The notes beneath the pieces were generated by a model that saw only the letters and a program-made list of their open reading frames with translations, made no database searches and was not told the DNA's origin. Positions 1 to 8,808 of a stretch of DNA of 64,000 bases are shown piece by piece (the stretch's first letter is position 1; each line of letters starts with the position of its first letter). The position numbers and the translations under genes were made by a program. This DNA comes from a bacterium (GTDB taxonomy: Bacteria > Latescibacterota > Latescibacteria > Latescibacterales > Latescibacteraceae), in the NCBI GenBank assembly GCA_021372535.1, contig JAJFUH010000149.1, forward strand, positions 10,803 through 74,802, written 5' to 3'.

Positions 1-2
1 TC

Positions 3-500
3 AAGCTGGAGAATAACGAGCAGATCGAAGGAGTAATGTACAATAACACGTATCAGCCTGCCGATAACATCAAGACGCTCGCCATGGTTAATAAGGCCAT
101 ATATACGAAGAAGTTAGGAAACTGGACATTTTCACCCGGTGTGAAATTCCGTTTTTACAAGAAAGACCGGAATGACATTGCTCGTCCCGGAGATTACTAT
201 GTGACAAGAATTCCCCTTTTCATGTTCAAATATGACATTTCTCCCCGAACGGACATACAGCTCGGATTGCAGGGAATACCATGGTTCGAGTTGGACCACA
301 AGGATCATGTACAGAGCGAGAACGATTACCAGGGGAAAACGTACATGCTCCAGTTCCAGAACCGTGTGACCTATTTCGGATATGATATCTGGGCCACAAC
401 AGGTATCAGGTTTGATCAGATAAAATTTACTGAAACGACACGGGAATTTGAGAATTATAAATCCTCGACGACGTTTGTAAAGATATTCCTCGGCTGGTAA
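3..500 (+). CDS. outer-membrane beta-barrel protein, C-terminal fragment (5' end lies outside the window)
   Basis: The frame is open from the window edge, with no stop between nt 3 and the listed ATG at 36. Alternating aromatic/polar strand-like pattern with a terminal ...KIFLGW aromatic residue, typical of OMP barrels. A hairpin plus T-run follows the stop. Confidence 0.5.
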   Translation, partial: KLENNEQIEGVMYNNTYQPADNIKTLAMVNKAIYTKKLGNWTFSPGVKFRFYKKDRNDIARPGDYYVTRIPLFMFKYDISPRTDIQLGLQGIPWFELDHKDHVQSENDYQGKTYMLQFQNRVTYFGYDIWATTGIRFDQIKFTETTREFENYKSSTTFVKIFLGW

Positions 501-523
501 CAGAATACCCTGAAAAATAATAT

Positions 524-545
524 CCCGTACTTGTGCGGGTTTTTT
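524..545 (+). terminator. candidate intrinsic terminator after the OMP gene
   Basis: Short GC stem CCCG (524-527) / CGGG (536-539), followed directly by TTTTTT (540-545), 24 nt after the stop codon. Confidence 0.4.
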
Positions 546-839
546 ATGCAGACAGAATCAACTAAGCAATTGTTTGCACTCAGTTTTAGTTACTTTATTA
601 TTATAACATCAGGCGGTTTATTCTGATCAGGCGAATCGAAGGTACATAATTTCTGAACCGCGAATCCCGATAAAAGGCAATTTACGAAAATCGAAAGAGA
701 ATGGTGACATAAACTTTTCACGGGGGCGTGTTTCCCTTTTCGCTGCATCGCATCGCATCAAGGAGGCGCTCAAGGGTAAGTATCATATTAAAAGAGACAA
801 GAAAAAAATGGGGGGATTGCCAGAAAATAGTTTTTCATG

Positions 840-868
840 TTGACGTTGCGAATTCAATGTTTTATATT
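840..868 (+). promoter_or_regulatory. candidate sigma-70-type promoter for tRNA-Glu
   Basis: TTGACG (840-845), a 17-nt spacer, then TATATT (863-868). The -10 element ends about 20 nt upstream of the mature tRNA 5' end. Confidence 0.45.
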
Positions 869-888
869 TATAGTCTATGAAAAATTGC

Positions 889-964
889 GTCCCCTTCGTC
901 TAGTGGCCCAGGACTCAAGGTTTTCATCCTTGCAACAGGAGTTCGATTCTCCTAGGGGACGCCA
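889..964 (+). tRNA. tRNA-Glu (anticodon UUC), CCA encoded
   Basis: 76 nt. Acceptor stem GTCCCCT/AGGGGAC; anticodon stem CAAGG/CCTTG with loop TTTTCAT (TTC); T arm AGGAG-TTCGATT-CTCCT. Near-identical in layout to E. coli tRNA-Glu as I recall it (GTCCCCTTCGTCTAG...GGGGACGCCA). Confidence 0.95.
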
Positions 965-975
965 GAGTCATTTTT

Positions 976-1005
976 CCACCGGTTGGCCTTGATCGGTGGT
1001 TTTTT
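976..1005 (+). terminator. intrinsic terminator after tRNA-Glu
   Basis: CCACCG (976-981) pairs with CGGTGG (994-999) around a 12-nt loop, followed by TTTTTT (1000-1005). Confidence 0.65.
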
Positions 1006-1073
1006 GTTGTGCAATCTGCCGTCTGAACGGACAAATCCCTATTCATCGTCCGGTCATTGCTTGATCGGAAGCT

Positions 1074-2648
1074 TCATGGTAAACCGTCGAATTTCACTAG
1101 TGTCCGTGGGCTTTCATTTCCCGTGCGGTCAACAGCGGAAACCGCGATACAGCTCACCTTACCGGTAATTCCGGGAGATTTTTCTCCGCCCTGTTTATCA
1201 TCGGCCAATCCGTTGTCTGATACGGCGGAGAACGAGTAACTCCGGTCGCTACGGTTGAGAATCACGGAATTCCATGAATCCCCCTTTTTTATATACACAA
1301 TCCACCGAAAAACCGCTTCTTTATCGCCCGGCATCCATGAGATAACCTGATTCACTCCTTCGAGCGCGGTTGTAACATGAGGCGCTGCGGGAGCTCTGTT
1401 ATCGAGCCACGGCGAGGTCGGTACAAGCGCCTGCGCACGGTACGGTCCCGCTGCAAGCGAATCGGCGATACCGCCCATGTTGTCGAGCAGGGCTTTCATG
1501 CTGAAGTGAACATTGCCGGGACCCCCGGGGACAAAACCACGGGTGATCATGATCTGGTTGATGATTTCATCGACACCCTTTTCATCACGGGCGGTGCTTG
1601 TGTATAAACCCGGCCAGAGGTTGCGCTTCCGGGTGTTTTCACGAACCCACCAACCGAGCAGTACCGGGTAGCTCTGCGGTATCCGGTTTGTTGCCCAGTA
1701 AAGCTGGGGGGTCCAGTAATCGACCCAGCCTCTGTTGAGCCACAGCTTCGCATCCGCATAGAGAACATTGTACTGGTCGAAACCACGAATGGATTCGGGA
1801 TAACCGGGTCGCCAGATTCCGAACGGACTCAAGCCGAATTTGACAAAGGGCTTCTCCTTTTTAATGGCCTTGTACACTCGCTCGATAAACCGGTTGACAT
1901 TATCGCGTCGCCAGTCCTCACGGGAACGTTTGCCGCCCCGGTCACGGTATTCCGCCCAGGTGTCGTCGTCGGGAAAATCCTCACCGTCGTTGTAGGAAGG
2001 ATATGGGTAGAAATAGTCATCGAAATGGACACCATCGATGTCATAACGGCGTACTACATCCATGACGACATCGAATGAATGATCCTGCGTCCCCTTTTTT
2101 GCCGGATCGAGCCAGTAGTATCCTCCCTTGAGTTGCCTGACAAGGTCGGGGTGGGTTCTGACAACGGAAGATTCGGTGATTTCTCCTGCTGCAGGATGAT
2201 GCGCACGGTAGGGATTGAACCAGACATGGAGCTCCATCCCGCGGTTGTGAGCTTCCTCGATCCAGAAAGCGAGCGGGTCATAAAAGGGATCGGGAGCTTT
2301 GCCCTGCACTCCGGTCAGGTAATAGGACCACGGTTCGATTGCGCTCTGATAGAATGCGTCGCACTGCGGACGAATCTGCAGTACTATGGCATTGAGGTTG
2401 ATGCTCTGCGCTTTGTCAAGAATCGCGATGATTTCCCTTTTCTGATCATCGGTGGAAAGGCCGGGCGCACTCGGCCAGTCGATATTGGCGACTGTGGCGA
2501 CCCACACCGCACGGAATTCACGATGCGGGGCAGGCACTTTCTCCGTTTCACGTGATGCAGTACCCTGCCTCAGCGCTGCACAACCACCGGCCAGAAGCGC
2601 TGTACAGCATATGAGCACGATACCCTGTGTCAGTTTCTTCAGGATCAT
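1074..2648 (-). CDS. glycosyl-hydrolase-like 10 (GHL10/DUF187, YngK-type) lipoprotein
   Basis: 524 aa with a lipobox signal (LLAGGC). Segments REFRAVWVATVANIDWP, NAIVLQIRP, ELHVWFNPYR and DGVHFDDYFYP fit the GHL10 TIM-barrel family as I remember it. Confidence 0.7.
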   Translation of the reverse strand: MILKKLTQGIVLICCTALLAGGCAALRQGTASRETEKVPAPHREFRAVWVATVANIDWPSAPGLSTDDQKREIIAILDKAQSINLNAIVLQIRPQCDAFYQSAIEPWSYYLTGVQGKAPDPFYDPLAFWIEEAHNRGMELHVWFNPYRAHHPAAGEITESSVVRTHPDLVRQLKGGYYWLDPAKKGTQDHSFDVVMDVVRRYDIDGVHFDDYFYPYPSYNDGEDFPDDDTWAEYRDRGGKRSREDWRRDNVNRFIERVYKAIKKEKPFVKFGLSPFGIWRPGYPESIRGFDQYNVLYADAKLWLNRGWVDYWTPQLYWATNRIPQSYPVLLGWWVRENTRKRNLWPGLYTSTARDEKGVDEIINQIMITRGFVPGGPGNVHFSMKALLDNMGGIADSLAAGPYRAQALVPTSPWLDNRAPAAPHVTTALEGVNQVISWMPGDKEAVFRWIVYIKKGDSWNSVILNRSDRSYSFSAVSDNGLADDKQGGEKSPGITGKVSCIAVSAVDRTGNESPRTLVKFDGLP

Positions 2649-2775
2649 GATGAAAACTCCTCATACGGGTATAGAATTATATGCAAAACCGGTTTTTGTC
2701 CAGATGAGTTGAAATTATATCACTATAAAACAGATTACGAACTCCATGGCATATCATGTTCTACAGACAATGTTG

Positions 2776-4224
2776 TCATTCCGCTCTCTCACTCTCGGGT
2801 ATGTGGACTACTATGATGCATGGATTCCCGAAGGTATCTTTATCTTCCACATCACCGAATGCGCCGTTGAAAACGATATAGAGCGTTGAACCGTCATGAC
2901 TCAGAGTGAAACAGTATGAGCCGCCGTTCACAAAACCGTACTTCTCATGATAGTAAGGGTGAAGAAATGCAAGCACTTTTTTGGTATTCGATACCGTATC
3001 GTATTGAATAACCGGCGCACCCCATTCAAACCCCCGCCCGTGACCGCTGATGATGTAATAGAGGTACCGTGAGCCAGGATTTGCCGCGATGCACGTGACA
3101 TACGTTCCTTGCGGTCCCCAGTTAAGGCCGATAAGTTCCGTTTTTTCCTTTTCAGGCCAGAATTTGAAAAACGTTCCCCGGTAATCCATGCAGTAAAAGG
3201 CGCCATCGGACATTCTGCAGGTGGTGTAAGCCCGCATTATATCATTTTCACCGGTCACAGGATGAGACGGAATCTGACAGGACAACCTCCTGAAACGGTT
3301 GAGCACCGGATCGTATTCCATGAGATGGGAACTCTCTTTCGCGCGTTTTGTCGAGCTGTCGGTAGCATACCACAGCCCGGTATTACTATCGAGAAGAGCA
3401 TTGCAGCTCTCCCACTGCATCCCGTCGGGTGGTTTCCCGGCATACAGCGTCTTTTCAGCCCGTATATCGTATGCTAAAAAATAATAGAAATGCGTCGCGC
3501 CGATAAAAATTCCCCGCCGGGTATCGAATCCAAAATAGGGGTAGGAATCACCGATAAAAGGAACTCCGAGATTTCTGAACTCCCCTGTAAATACGTTGTA
3601 TGTAAATAGTTTACCGCCGCCGTACTGTTTCCGGTCCGAAAGGTCTTCGGGAGGCACCGACCAATATGTTGCGGCGGTAAGCAGTCCGTCGGGGGTAATT
3701 CCGAGTTCGCCGTGTATCTTCCCATCGATGAACTCACCCTGACGCCAGCCGAGCCTCTGTGCAGAATCTACGACGATGTACTGCTCTTTTTGTACGGGAT
3801 CGTACCTGACAATATATACATTGCCGTCTCTAGTCTGATGGCTCCCCACAGCGAAGTAGAAACATTCATCCGGACCGACCGTACCGATACCCCAGACCGA
3901 CCAGAGACCGGGATTATCCTTCGGGAAAAAATAGGGATTGAGATTGCGTACGGGCGCAAAGTCTATGATCGGAGGCGTTACTGCCATGATAAAAGAATTG
4001 TCGCCGGCGTACATTTCTGGTTTTTCGAGCATTTTTTTCGAACTGTCCGTTACGACACCGGTTTTAAAGAGGAGTTTCTTCCTGTCCCATTTCATGAACG
4101 TATCTCGTGTAACTTCACTATACACTTCATGATTCAACCCGGATAATAACGTCCATAAAAGAGCCAGCATACACCTCACGAAGCGTGATGATCGAGTTCG
4201 AATAACTCCTTTCGGATCAAACAT
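2776..4224 (-). CDS. hypothetical secreted protein (W/Y/G-rich, possibly beta-propeller-like)
   Basis: 482-aa ORF with a hydrophobic N-terminal segment (CMLALLWTLLSG). No family motif recognised. Same strand as, and tightly spaced between, the GHL10-like and esterase genes. Confidence 0.55.
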   Translation of the reverse strand: MFDPKGVIRTRSSRFVRCMLALLWTLLSGLNHEVYSEVTRDTFMKWDRKKLLFKTGVVTDSSKKMLEKPEMYAGDNSFIMAVTPPIIDFAPVRNLNPYFFPKDNPGLWSVWGIGTVGPDECFYFAVGSHQTRDGNVYIVRYDPVQKEQYIVVDSAQRLGWRQGEFIDGKIHGELGITPDGLLTAATYWSVPPEDLSDRKQYGGGKLFTYNVFTGEFRNLGVPFIGDSYPYFGFDTRRGIFIGATHFYYFLAYDIRAEKTLYAGKPPDGMQWESCNALLDSNTGLWYATDSSTKRAKESSHLMEYDPVLNRFRRLSCQIPSHPVTGENDIMRAYTTCRMSDGAFYCMDYRGTFFKFWPEKEKTELIGLNWGPQGTYVTCIAANPGSRYLYYIISGHGRGFEWGAPVIQYDTVSNTKKVLAFLHPYYHEKYGFVNGGSYCFTLSHDGSTLYIVFNGAFGDVEDKDTFGNPCIIVVHIPESERAE

Positions 4225-4292
4225 TTATATTTACTCCTCTTCTCTCAGTATATTCTTCGCTGACGATATTTTTCAGGTGTGAAGTATTCCGC

Positions 4293-5231
4293 TCATTTTC
4301 TTCCGCCCATTTCAATCGTCGGTTCGCAACTCAGATACCCAAGCGAAGCGAGAAAACGGTCGGTCACCTGCAGGGCGTTGACAATCGTCGCTTCCGTGCC
4401 TATCCCGACGATTACAAACGCATGCTTCGTATTTTCAAGGGCAACCATGTCACAGCGGTTACCCGCTTTTTTCATCGCCTCGGCAAAGCGATACGCCGAT
4501 TCAATGGGGACGTTCGTGTCATCGATGCCATGCATGAGCAGAGCGGGCGGCTGTCCTTTCGCGACATAGGTGATGGGCGAGTAACGGGCATACCGTGCCC
4601 TGATATCATCATTTACTTCTGAAAGGGTAAAGACATTTTTGAATGCGGGTATATTCATATCCACAGCCGGGTTATACAGTATCATGGCGTTCGCCATGGC
4701 GCTGATCTTTGTGTCCTCGCCGGGATTTTCGAAATCCTTCATCGTTCCGAGGGCCGCGGCAAGATGCCCGCCTGCGGAATCACCGGCCACCGCAATACGG
4801 TCGGAGTCGATACCGAATTTTTCGGCGTTGGCGCGTATGTAACGGACGGCCGATTTGCAGTCAGCCACACAGCTGCCGACAGCGTCGATTCCTTCGGGAC
4901 CTTTTTTGGTGATTAGCCGGTAATTGATTGTGAAAGCGACCATACCCCGTGAGGTGAAATACTGGCAGTGCGGGAAAAAGAACGAGGGATGCCCGCCGAC
5001 AAATCCTCCGCCGTGTATGAATACGATCGCCGGACTCCGGTCAGTGGATTTATGATCCACGGGCTTGAAAACGAGCATATAAAGCTGAGCACCATCCACA
5101 ACTTTGTAATTGAGCCATTCATAGTCCCCGCCGATGTCGTGAAGATGAACAATCTGCGCGTTAATGGACGGAGAGTACATGAGGCATACACATGCACACA
5201 TAAAACCGATTGCACGGAAAGTTCTGGTCAT
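4293..5231 (-). CDS. secreted alpha/beta-hydrolase, esterase/lipase (HSL-like family IV)
   Basis: Signal peptide, oxyanion-hole motif FIHGGGFVGG, nucleophile elbow GDSAGG, and a late HGxxD (LMHGIDD). Confidence 0.8.
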   Translation of the reverse strand: MTRTFRAIGFMCACVCLMYSPSINAQIVHLHDIGGDYEWLNYKVVDGAQLYMLVFKPVDHKSTDRSPAIVFIHGGGFVGGHPSFFFPHCQYFTSRGMVAFTINYRLITKKGPEGIDAVGSCVADCKSAVRYIRANAEKFGIDSDRIAVAGDSAGGHLAAALGTMKDFENPGEDTKISAMANAMILYNPAVDMNIPAFKNVFTLSEVNDDIRARYARYSPITYVAKGQPPALLMHGIDDTNVPIESAYRFAEAMKKAGNRCDMVALENTKHAFVIVGIGTEATIVNALQVTDRFLASLGYLSCEPTIEMGGRK

Positions 5232-5520
5232 GGCGGTTCTTTCCCTTTGCTGATATGGTTATCGTGATTTCGACAATATATCCGTTCCCGGCATTCAGAA
5301 AAATCCGGATAAACACATATTGTAGTATGATTATGATACATCAGTATGTCAAGACGTTTTGCATGGATCGGCAGGAACTGCCCTGATACTAATCAGGAGC
5401 GGTGATTCGTTTCAGGGAATCGGAAGTCGAATCGTACCGGGCGGAGAAAAACAGGAAATATGATAAAAAAGCGGGAGATGAGAGCTAATACCTGAACGGC
5501 TGTCTTAGCTGGAGGATTTT

Positions 5521-5760
5521 TTACGGAGGAGAAGCCCCTTCGGCGGTCATGGCAATCTCATGGAGTGTCGCGAGGGTCTTTTCCGCTTCCTCGAGATCGA
5601 TAACTTCGAGCGCAAAACCCGCATGAACAATCACATAATCTCCCACATTCACATGGTCGACGAGCGCACGGGAAATGTCCATGGAGATGCCGTCCGACTC
5701 GACAACCGCTCTGTCGGGAGGTATAAGCTCCACCACTTTCATCGGAACCGCGAGACACAT
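5521..5760 (-). CDS. hypC: [NiFe]-hydrogenase maturation chaperone HypC/HybG/HupF family
   Basis: 79 aa. The MCLAVPMKVVE N-terminus with the essential Cys2 is the family signature. Confidence 0.9.
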   Translation of the reverse strand: MCLAVPMKVVELIPPDRAVVESDGISMDISRALVDHVNVGDYVIVHAGFALEVIDLEEAEKTLATLHEIAMTAEGASPP

Positions 5761-5847
5761 ATAAGGTTACCCTTCCCCGGTCATTGAGCAATTTATACAG
5801 GTTATTATCACCCTGTATGACGTCATAAATAATTGCTCATATTATAA

Positions 5848-5905
5848 GCGATCAGACCCTGAAATGAGTTCAGGGTGACGGTCATACCGAACTCGTTTCG
5901 GCATC
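5848..5905 (-). repeat. double-hairpin dispersed repeat, copy 1 (sense with the hyp transcript)
   Basis: The reverse complement reads GATGCCGAAACGAGTTCGGTATGACCGTCACCCTGAACTCATTTCAGGGTCTGATCGC. It aligns with the copies at 42716-42780 and 58452-58516. Confidence 0.75.
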
Positions 5906-5970
5906 TGTTGGGAAAAAACTCACTAAAATATATCTTATGTATAACTTCGTTAAACCAATCAATTCGGTAA

Positions 5971-6348
5971 TCACACAGAAGGTTTTTTTTCAGATACCGG
6001 GTCATCTTCCTCGTCAAGCTCAACCGATTCGATTTCCAGCTCACGTCCCGTTATCAGCCTCAAATTGAACGATCCGCAGCGCGGACATGGTATGGCATCG
6101 AATGTAAGCCCGCCCATCCCGCACTCCGAGCACGAACAGGAGGGAGGCGATGTTTCGATCACGAGCTGAGAATCCTCGAGACAAGTTCTCTCGGACGCCA
6201 CCGGATAAACCCGTCTGAGAGCATCTTCATCCACTCCCGAATAGACCCCGATACGCACCCTGACCAACACTACCCGTGAACCGGGACGGTCATGAAGATA
6301 CTGCTCGATATTCCGTACCAGTTCGGCGGCTACGGAAAGTTCATGCAT
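5971..6348 (-). CDS. hypA: hydrogenase nickel-insertion protein HypA
   Basis: 125 aa. MHELS N-terminus (Ni-binding His2) and zinc motif CSCSEC...CPRCG, followed by an acidic tail. Confidence 0.9.
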   Translation of the reverse strand: MHELSVAAELVRNIEQYLHDRPGSRVVLVRVRIGVYSGVDEDALRRVYPVASERTCLEDSQLVIETSPPSCSCSECGMGGLTFDAIPCPRCGSFNLRLITGRELEIESVELDEEDDPVSEKKPSV

Positions 6349-6449
6349 GGGTCTTTACCTCTCTGTTCGATGCGATATCAGCGGCTCTCTATTCAATGCT
6401 GCCCCCGAGAACCGATTAAGCACGATATTTCTGCTCATGAACCGCCGTT

Positions 6450-6824
6450 TCACAGCAGCCGTTTTATGGTTTCCAGGAGAATATTCGGGTGAAGCGGTTT
6501 TTCGAGAAATTCATCCGCCATGACAAAATCCTTATCAACCCTGATTCCTGCATAATCCTCGATTGAGGATACAATAATTATGGGAATAGTCTGAAAGTCG
6601 GGATTATTTTTCAGATCGTAACTTACATTGAAGCCCTCGGTCATTGTCTCCATCATTACATCGAGGATGATAAGGTCCGGCCGCTCACACCGAAGAAATT
6701 CGAGGCATTGCTCCCCGCTGTCAGCAGCTGTCACCTTGTATCCGGCGGATTCAAGAATCATGGCAATGGATTCGACAATATCGTTGTCATCGTCAACCAC
6801 CATTATTTTTTTTCGCGCATCCAT
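6450..6824 (-). CDS. stand-alone CheY-like response-regulator receiver
   Basis: 124 aa. Acidic pocket VVDDDND, phospho-acceptor context LIILDVMM, and conserved Lys in LEKP. No output domain. Confidence 0.85.
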   Translation of the reverse strand: MDARKKIMVVDDDNDIVESIAMILESAGYKVTAADSGEQCLEFLRCERPDLIILDVMMETMTEGFNVSYDLKNNPDFQTIPIIIVSSIEDYAGIRVDKDFVMADEFLEKPLHPNILLETIKRLL

Positions 6825-6902
6825 CGGCTTCTTTTCCTCCGAAAAATATCACCTGTCAAAAAATAACACAAGAAAACCTCGTACTTGTAACAGCTTTCAA
6901 GC

Positions 6903-7367
6903 TCATCTCAATTCCGGTATGCTGAATATATAATCGATTCCAGATTCCCTGCAGGTTTCGGCAAGGGACTCGACGGAGGCTCTCACTTCGGGTGAAATTT
7001 CAGTTTCCAGACCAAGGTTTTTCGGCTGAATTCCAAGAACGAGTACCCGGGCGCCGGTCATTTCTCTGATATAATCGACAAACATCTTCAGCGATCCGTG
7101 GGTTGAAATACCGGATGCTTCGAGTTTTTCCCCGGTAACCACCGTAATCTCACCCGGCACTCCCCCGAAATCGAGTGCATCGACAATAACAACCGTATCG
7201 GGGCATGCGCGGACAACAAGGCCGGTGATATTTTCCGGCGCATCGCCTCCCTCGATCACCGTGAGGGAAACATGGTTCCCGATGAGCCTGCCGAACAGGT
7301 TCCCGGCGCCGTCATCACCTCTCAGTTCATTTCCGAGAGTCACCAGAACAAGCGTAGTCCTCTGCAT
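6903..7367 (-). CDS. hycI: hydrogenase maturation endopeptidase (HycI/HybD family)
   Basis: GNELRGDDGAG motif. I place the start at the internal ATG 7367, which is preceded by GGGAGGTG. The track ORF extends to 7391. Confidence 0.85.
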   Translation of the reverse strand: MQRTTLVLVTLGNELRGDDGAGNLFGRLIGNHVSLTVIEGGDAPENITGLVVRACPDTVVIVDALDFGGVPGEITVVTGEKLEASGISTHGSLKMFVDYIREMTGARVLVLGIQPKNLGLETEISPEVRASVESLAETCRESGIDYIFSIPELR

Positions 7368-7430
7368 GGCACACGCACCTCCCGCATACACTATCCGTAC
7401 GGAATTGATTATACATGGGATTACGGAGAA

Positions 7431-8042
7431 TTATCCCCATTCCTCGGTGAGATACATCTTACGGCGGCAGGCGGGACACATGATTTTAAAGATGTCTTCA
7501 CGGTAGATGGGGCGTTCTTTGTCACGGGGCTCGATCTCATCGGTTTGGGCAAGTTCTTCCAGGCCCGAAAGGATAAGCGTCGGGTTTGCATATGCCAGGC
7601 TTCCGAGTCTTTTTGCTATCCAGCGGAGATGGTCTTTTGTCGCTACGACACTCCCGCATACCTCGCAGAGGGCAAGCTCATGCTCCATGGTAACAACCAT
7701 TTCACTCCGGTCAAAACCGGCAAGGTCATACTCGGTGGTATAATCGATTCCATCTTTGGTTGTGCAGTACAGATGACACTGACCGCAGAAATTGCAGATA
7801 TCGTACCTCAGTTTCAGGGTTCGTTTACCGGCTGCAGTATCATCCACAATTTCTATCGCCCGTGAGGGACACACTTCGCTGCAGGCGCCGCACCCGATAC
7901 ATACATCGGGATCGAACTTCGGTTTTCCGCGAAACGTCTCCGGGGGGACTGTCATTTCCGCGGGAAATCTGGATGTATACGGCCCCTCGATGAAAAGGAC
8001 TTTAAGCGCTTCCCTGAGTTCGCGAAGTTTCGGTTTACGCAT
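7431..8042 (-). CDS. HycF/HyfH-like (NuoI-type) 2x[4Fe-4S] hydrogenase subunit
   Basis: CIGCGACSEVCP and CNFCGQCHLYC cluster motifs, plus a C-terminal CEVCG...CPACR pair. E. coli HycF also has this pair, as I recall its sequence. Confidence 0.8.
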   Translation of the reverse strand: MRKPKLRELREALKVLFIEGPYTSRFPAEMTVPPETFRGKPKFDPDVCIGCGACSEVCPSRAIEIVDDTAAGKRTLKLRYDICNFCGQCHLYCTTKDGIDYTTEYDLAGFDRSEMVVTMEHELALCEVCGSVVATKDHLRWIAKRLGSLAYANPTLILSGLEELAQTDEIEPRDKERPIYREDIFKIMCPACRRKMYLTEEWG

Positions 8043-8118
8043 TCCTCTGTACTCCGTTCAGGAGGGCGGTGAAAAAGAATCTTTTCACACGTCCATTAAC
8101 GAAATGTATTGTCTATTC

Positions 8119-8165
8119 GCTGTCAAGGGCATGTAAATCGGCACTTCATGCCGACCCTTGACAGC
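8119..8165. other. branched inverted repeat (17 bp in total) within the hydrogenase operon
   Basis: GCTGTCAAGGG (8119-8129) pairs with CCCTTGACAGC (8155-8165). An inner hairpin TCGGCA (8138-8143) / TGCCGA (8149-8154) sits inside. It lies in the only large spacer (156 nt) of the operon. Confidence 0.7.
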
Positions 8166-8198
8166 TTGTATCTACAAACGGTGTTTTTTACCAGGCAT

Positions 8199-8543
8199 TT
8201 AGTGTTCCGGCCTGTCAATATCCGCATACTTATCGGTTACGCTGCCGTCCCAGAGTTTTATTCCGTACCGGTGAGCCGCCCGCGCCAGGGCATGCGCCCC
8301 TACCGGAGAAGTAAAAAGTACAAACAGCGCGCACAGGAGTGACAGGATACCGGCCGAACTGATACCAGTAATAACAAAAAGCCCGAATAGTATCATGCAG
8401 GTCCCGAGTGTAACGCACTTCGTTGCCGCCTGAAGACGGTTATAGATATCGGGAAGCCGTACAAGACCGATGCATCCGAAAAGATCGAAGAGAACCCCGA
8501 TAAGGATAAAAATCAGCCCGAGAGTATCAGTCATCGAAGTCAC
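8199..8543 (-). CDS. Mrp/Mnh antiporter-module subunit G (MbhC-like)
   Basis: 114 aa, three TM segments. The GCIGLVRLPDIYNRLQAATK motif is typical of the MnhG/PhaG family. Confidence 0.85.
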   Translation of the reverse strand: MTSMTDTLGLIFILIGVLFDLFGCIGLVRLPDIYNRLQAATKCVTLGTCMILFGLFVITGISSAGILSLLCALFVLFTSPVGAHALARAAHRYGIKLWDGSVTDKYADIDRPEH

Positions 8544-8808
8544 GTCCTTCCAGATATTTGGCCAGGGCGATTGTCCCGATAAAGCTGAGCAGAGCCCAGG
8601 TAATGCCGATATTCATGTAAAACGCTCTGCCGGTTACCCATGTGAGCACGGCGCAGAATCCGACCATGAGCGTTCCGAGAATGTCGATGGCAACCGTTCT
8701 GTCCGGCGCGGTCGGTCCCTTGCCGATACGGTACAGGCAGAGAAAACCGGAAAACAGGAGAACAAGCATGACCGCTCCGGGCCAGGAAGAAACCACAAGG
8801 CTTGTCAT
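8527..8808 (-). CDS. Mrp/Mnh antiporter-module subunit F
   Basis: 93 aa, three TM segments. YRIGKGPTAPDRTVAID motif of the MnhF family. Overlaps both neighbouring genes. Confidence 0.8.
   Translation of the reverse strand: MTSLVVSSWPGAVMLVLLFSGFLCLYRIGKGPTAPDRTVAIDILGTLMVGFCAVLTWVTGRAFYMNIGITWALLSFIGTIALAKYLEGRDFDD

Noticed and set aside
889-964. tRNA-Glu as an integration hotspot or boundary of a genomic island
   Set aside because: No integrase, no direct repeat of the tRNA 3' end and no mobile-element genes are seen nearby. The flanking genes look like ordinary chromosomal genes.
7431-8042. C-terminal CEVCG...CPACR extension of the NuoI-like subunit as a novel zinc-ribbon fusion
   Set aside because: The same pair of CxxC motifs after the two ferredoxin motifs is present in E. 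coli HycF as I recall its sequence. It is therefore a family feature rather than a novelty.
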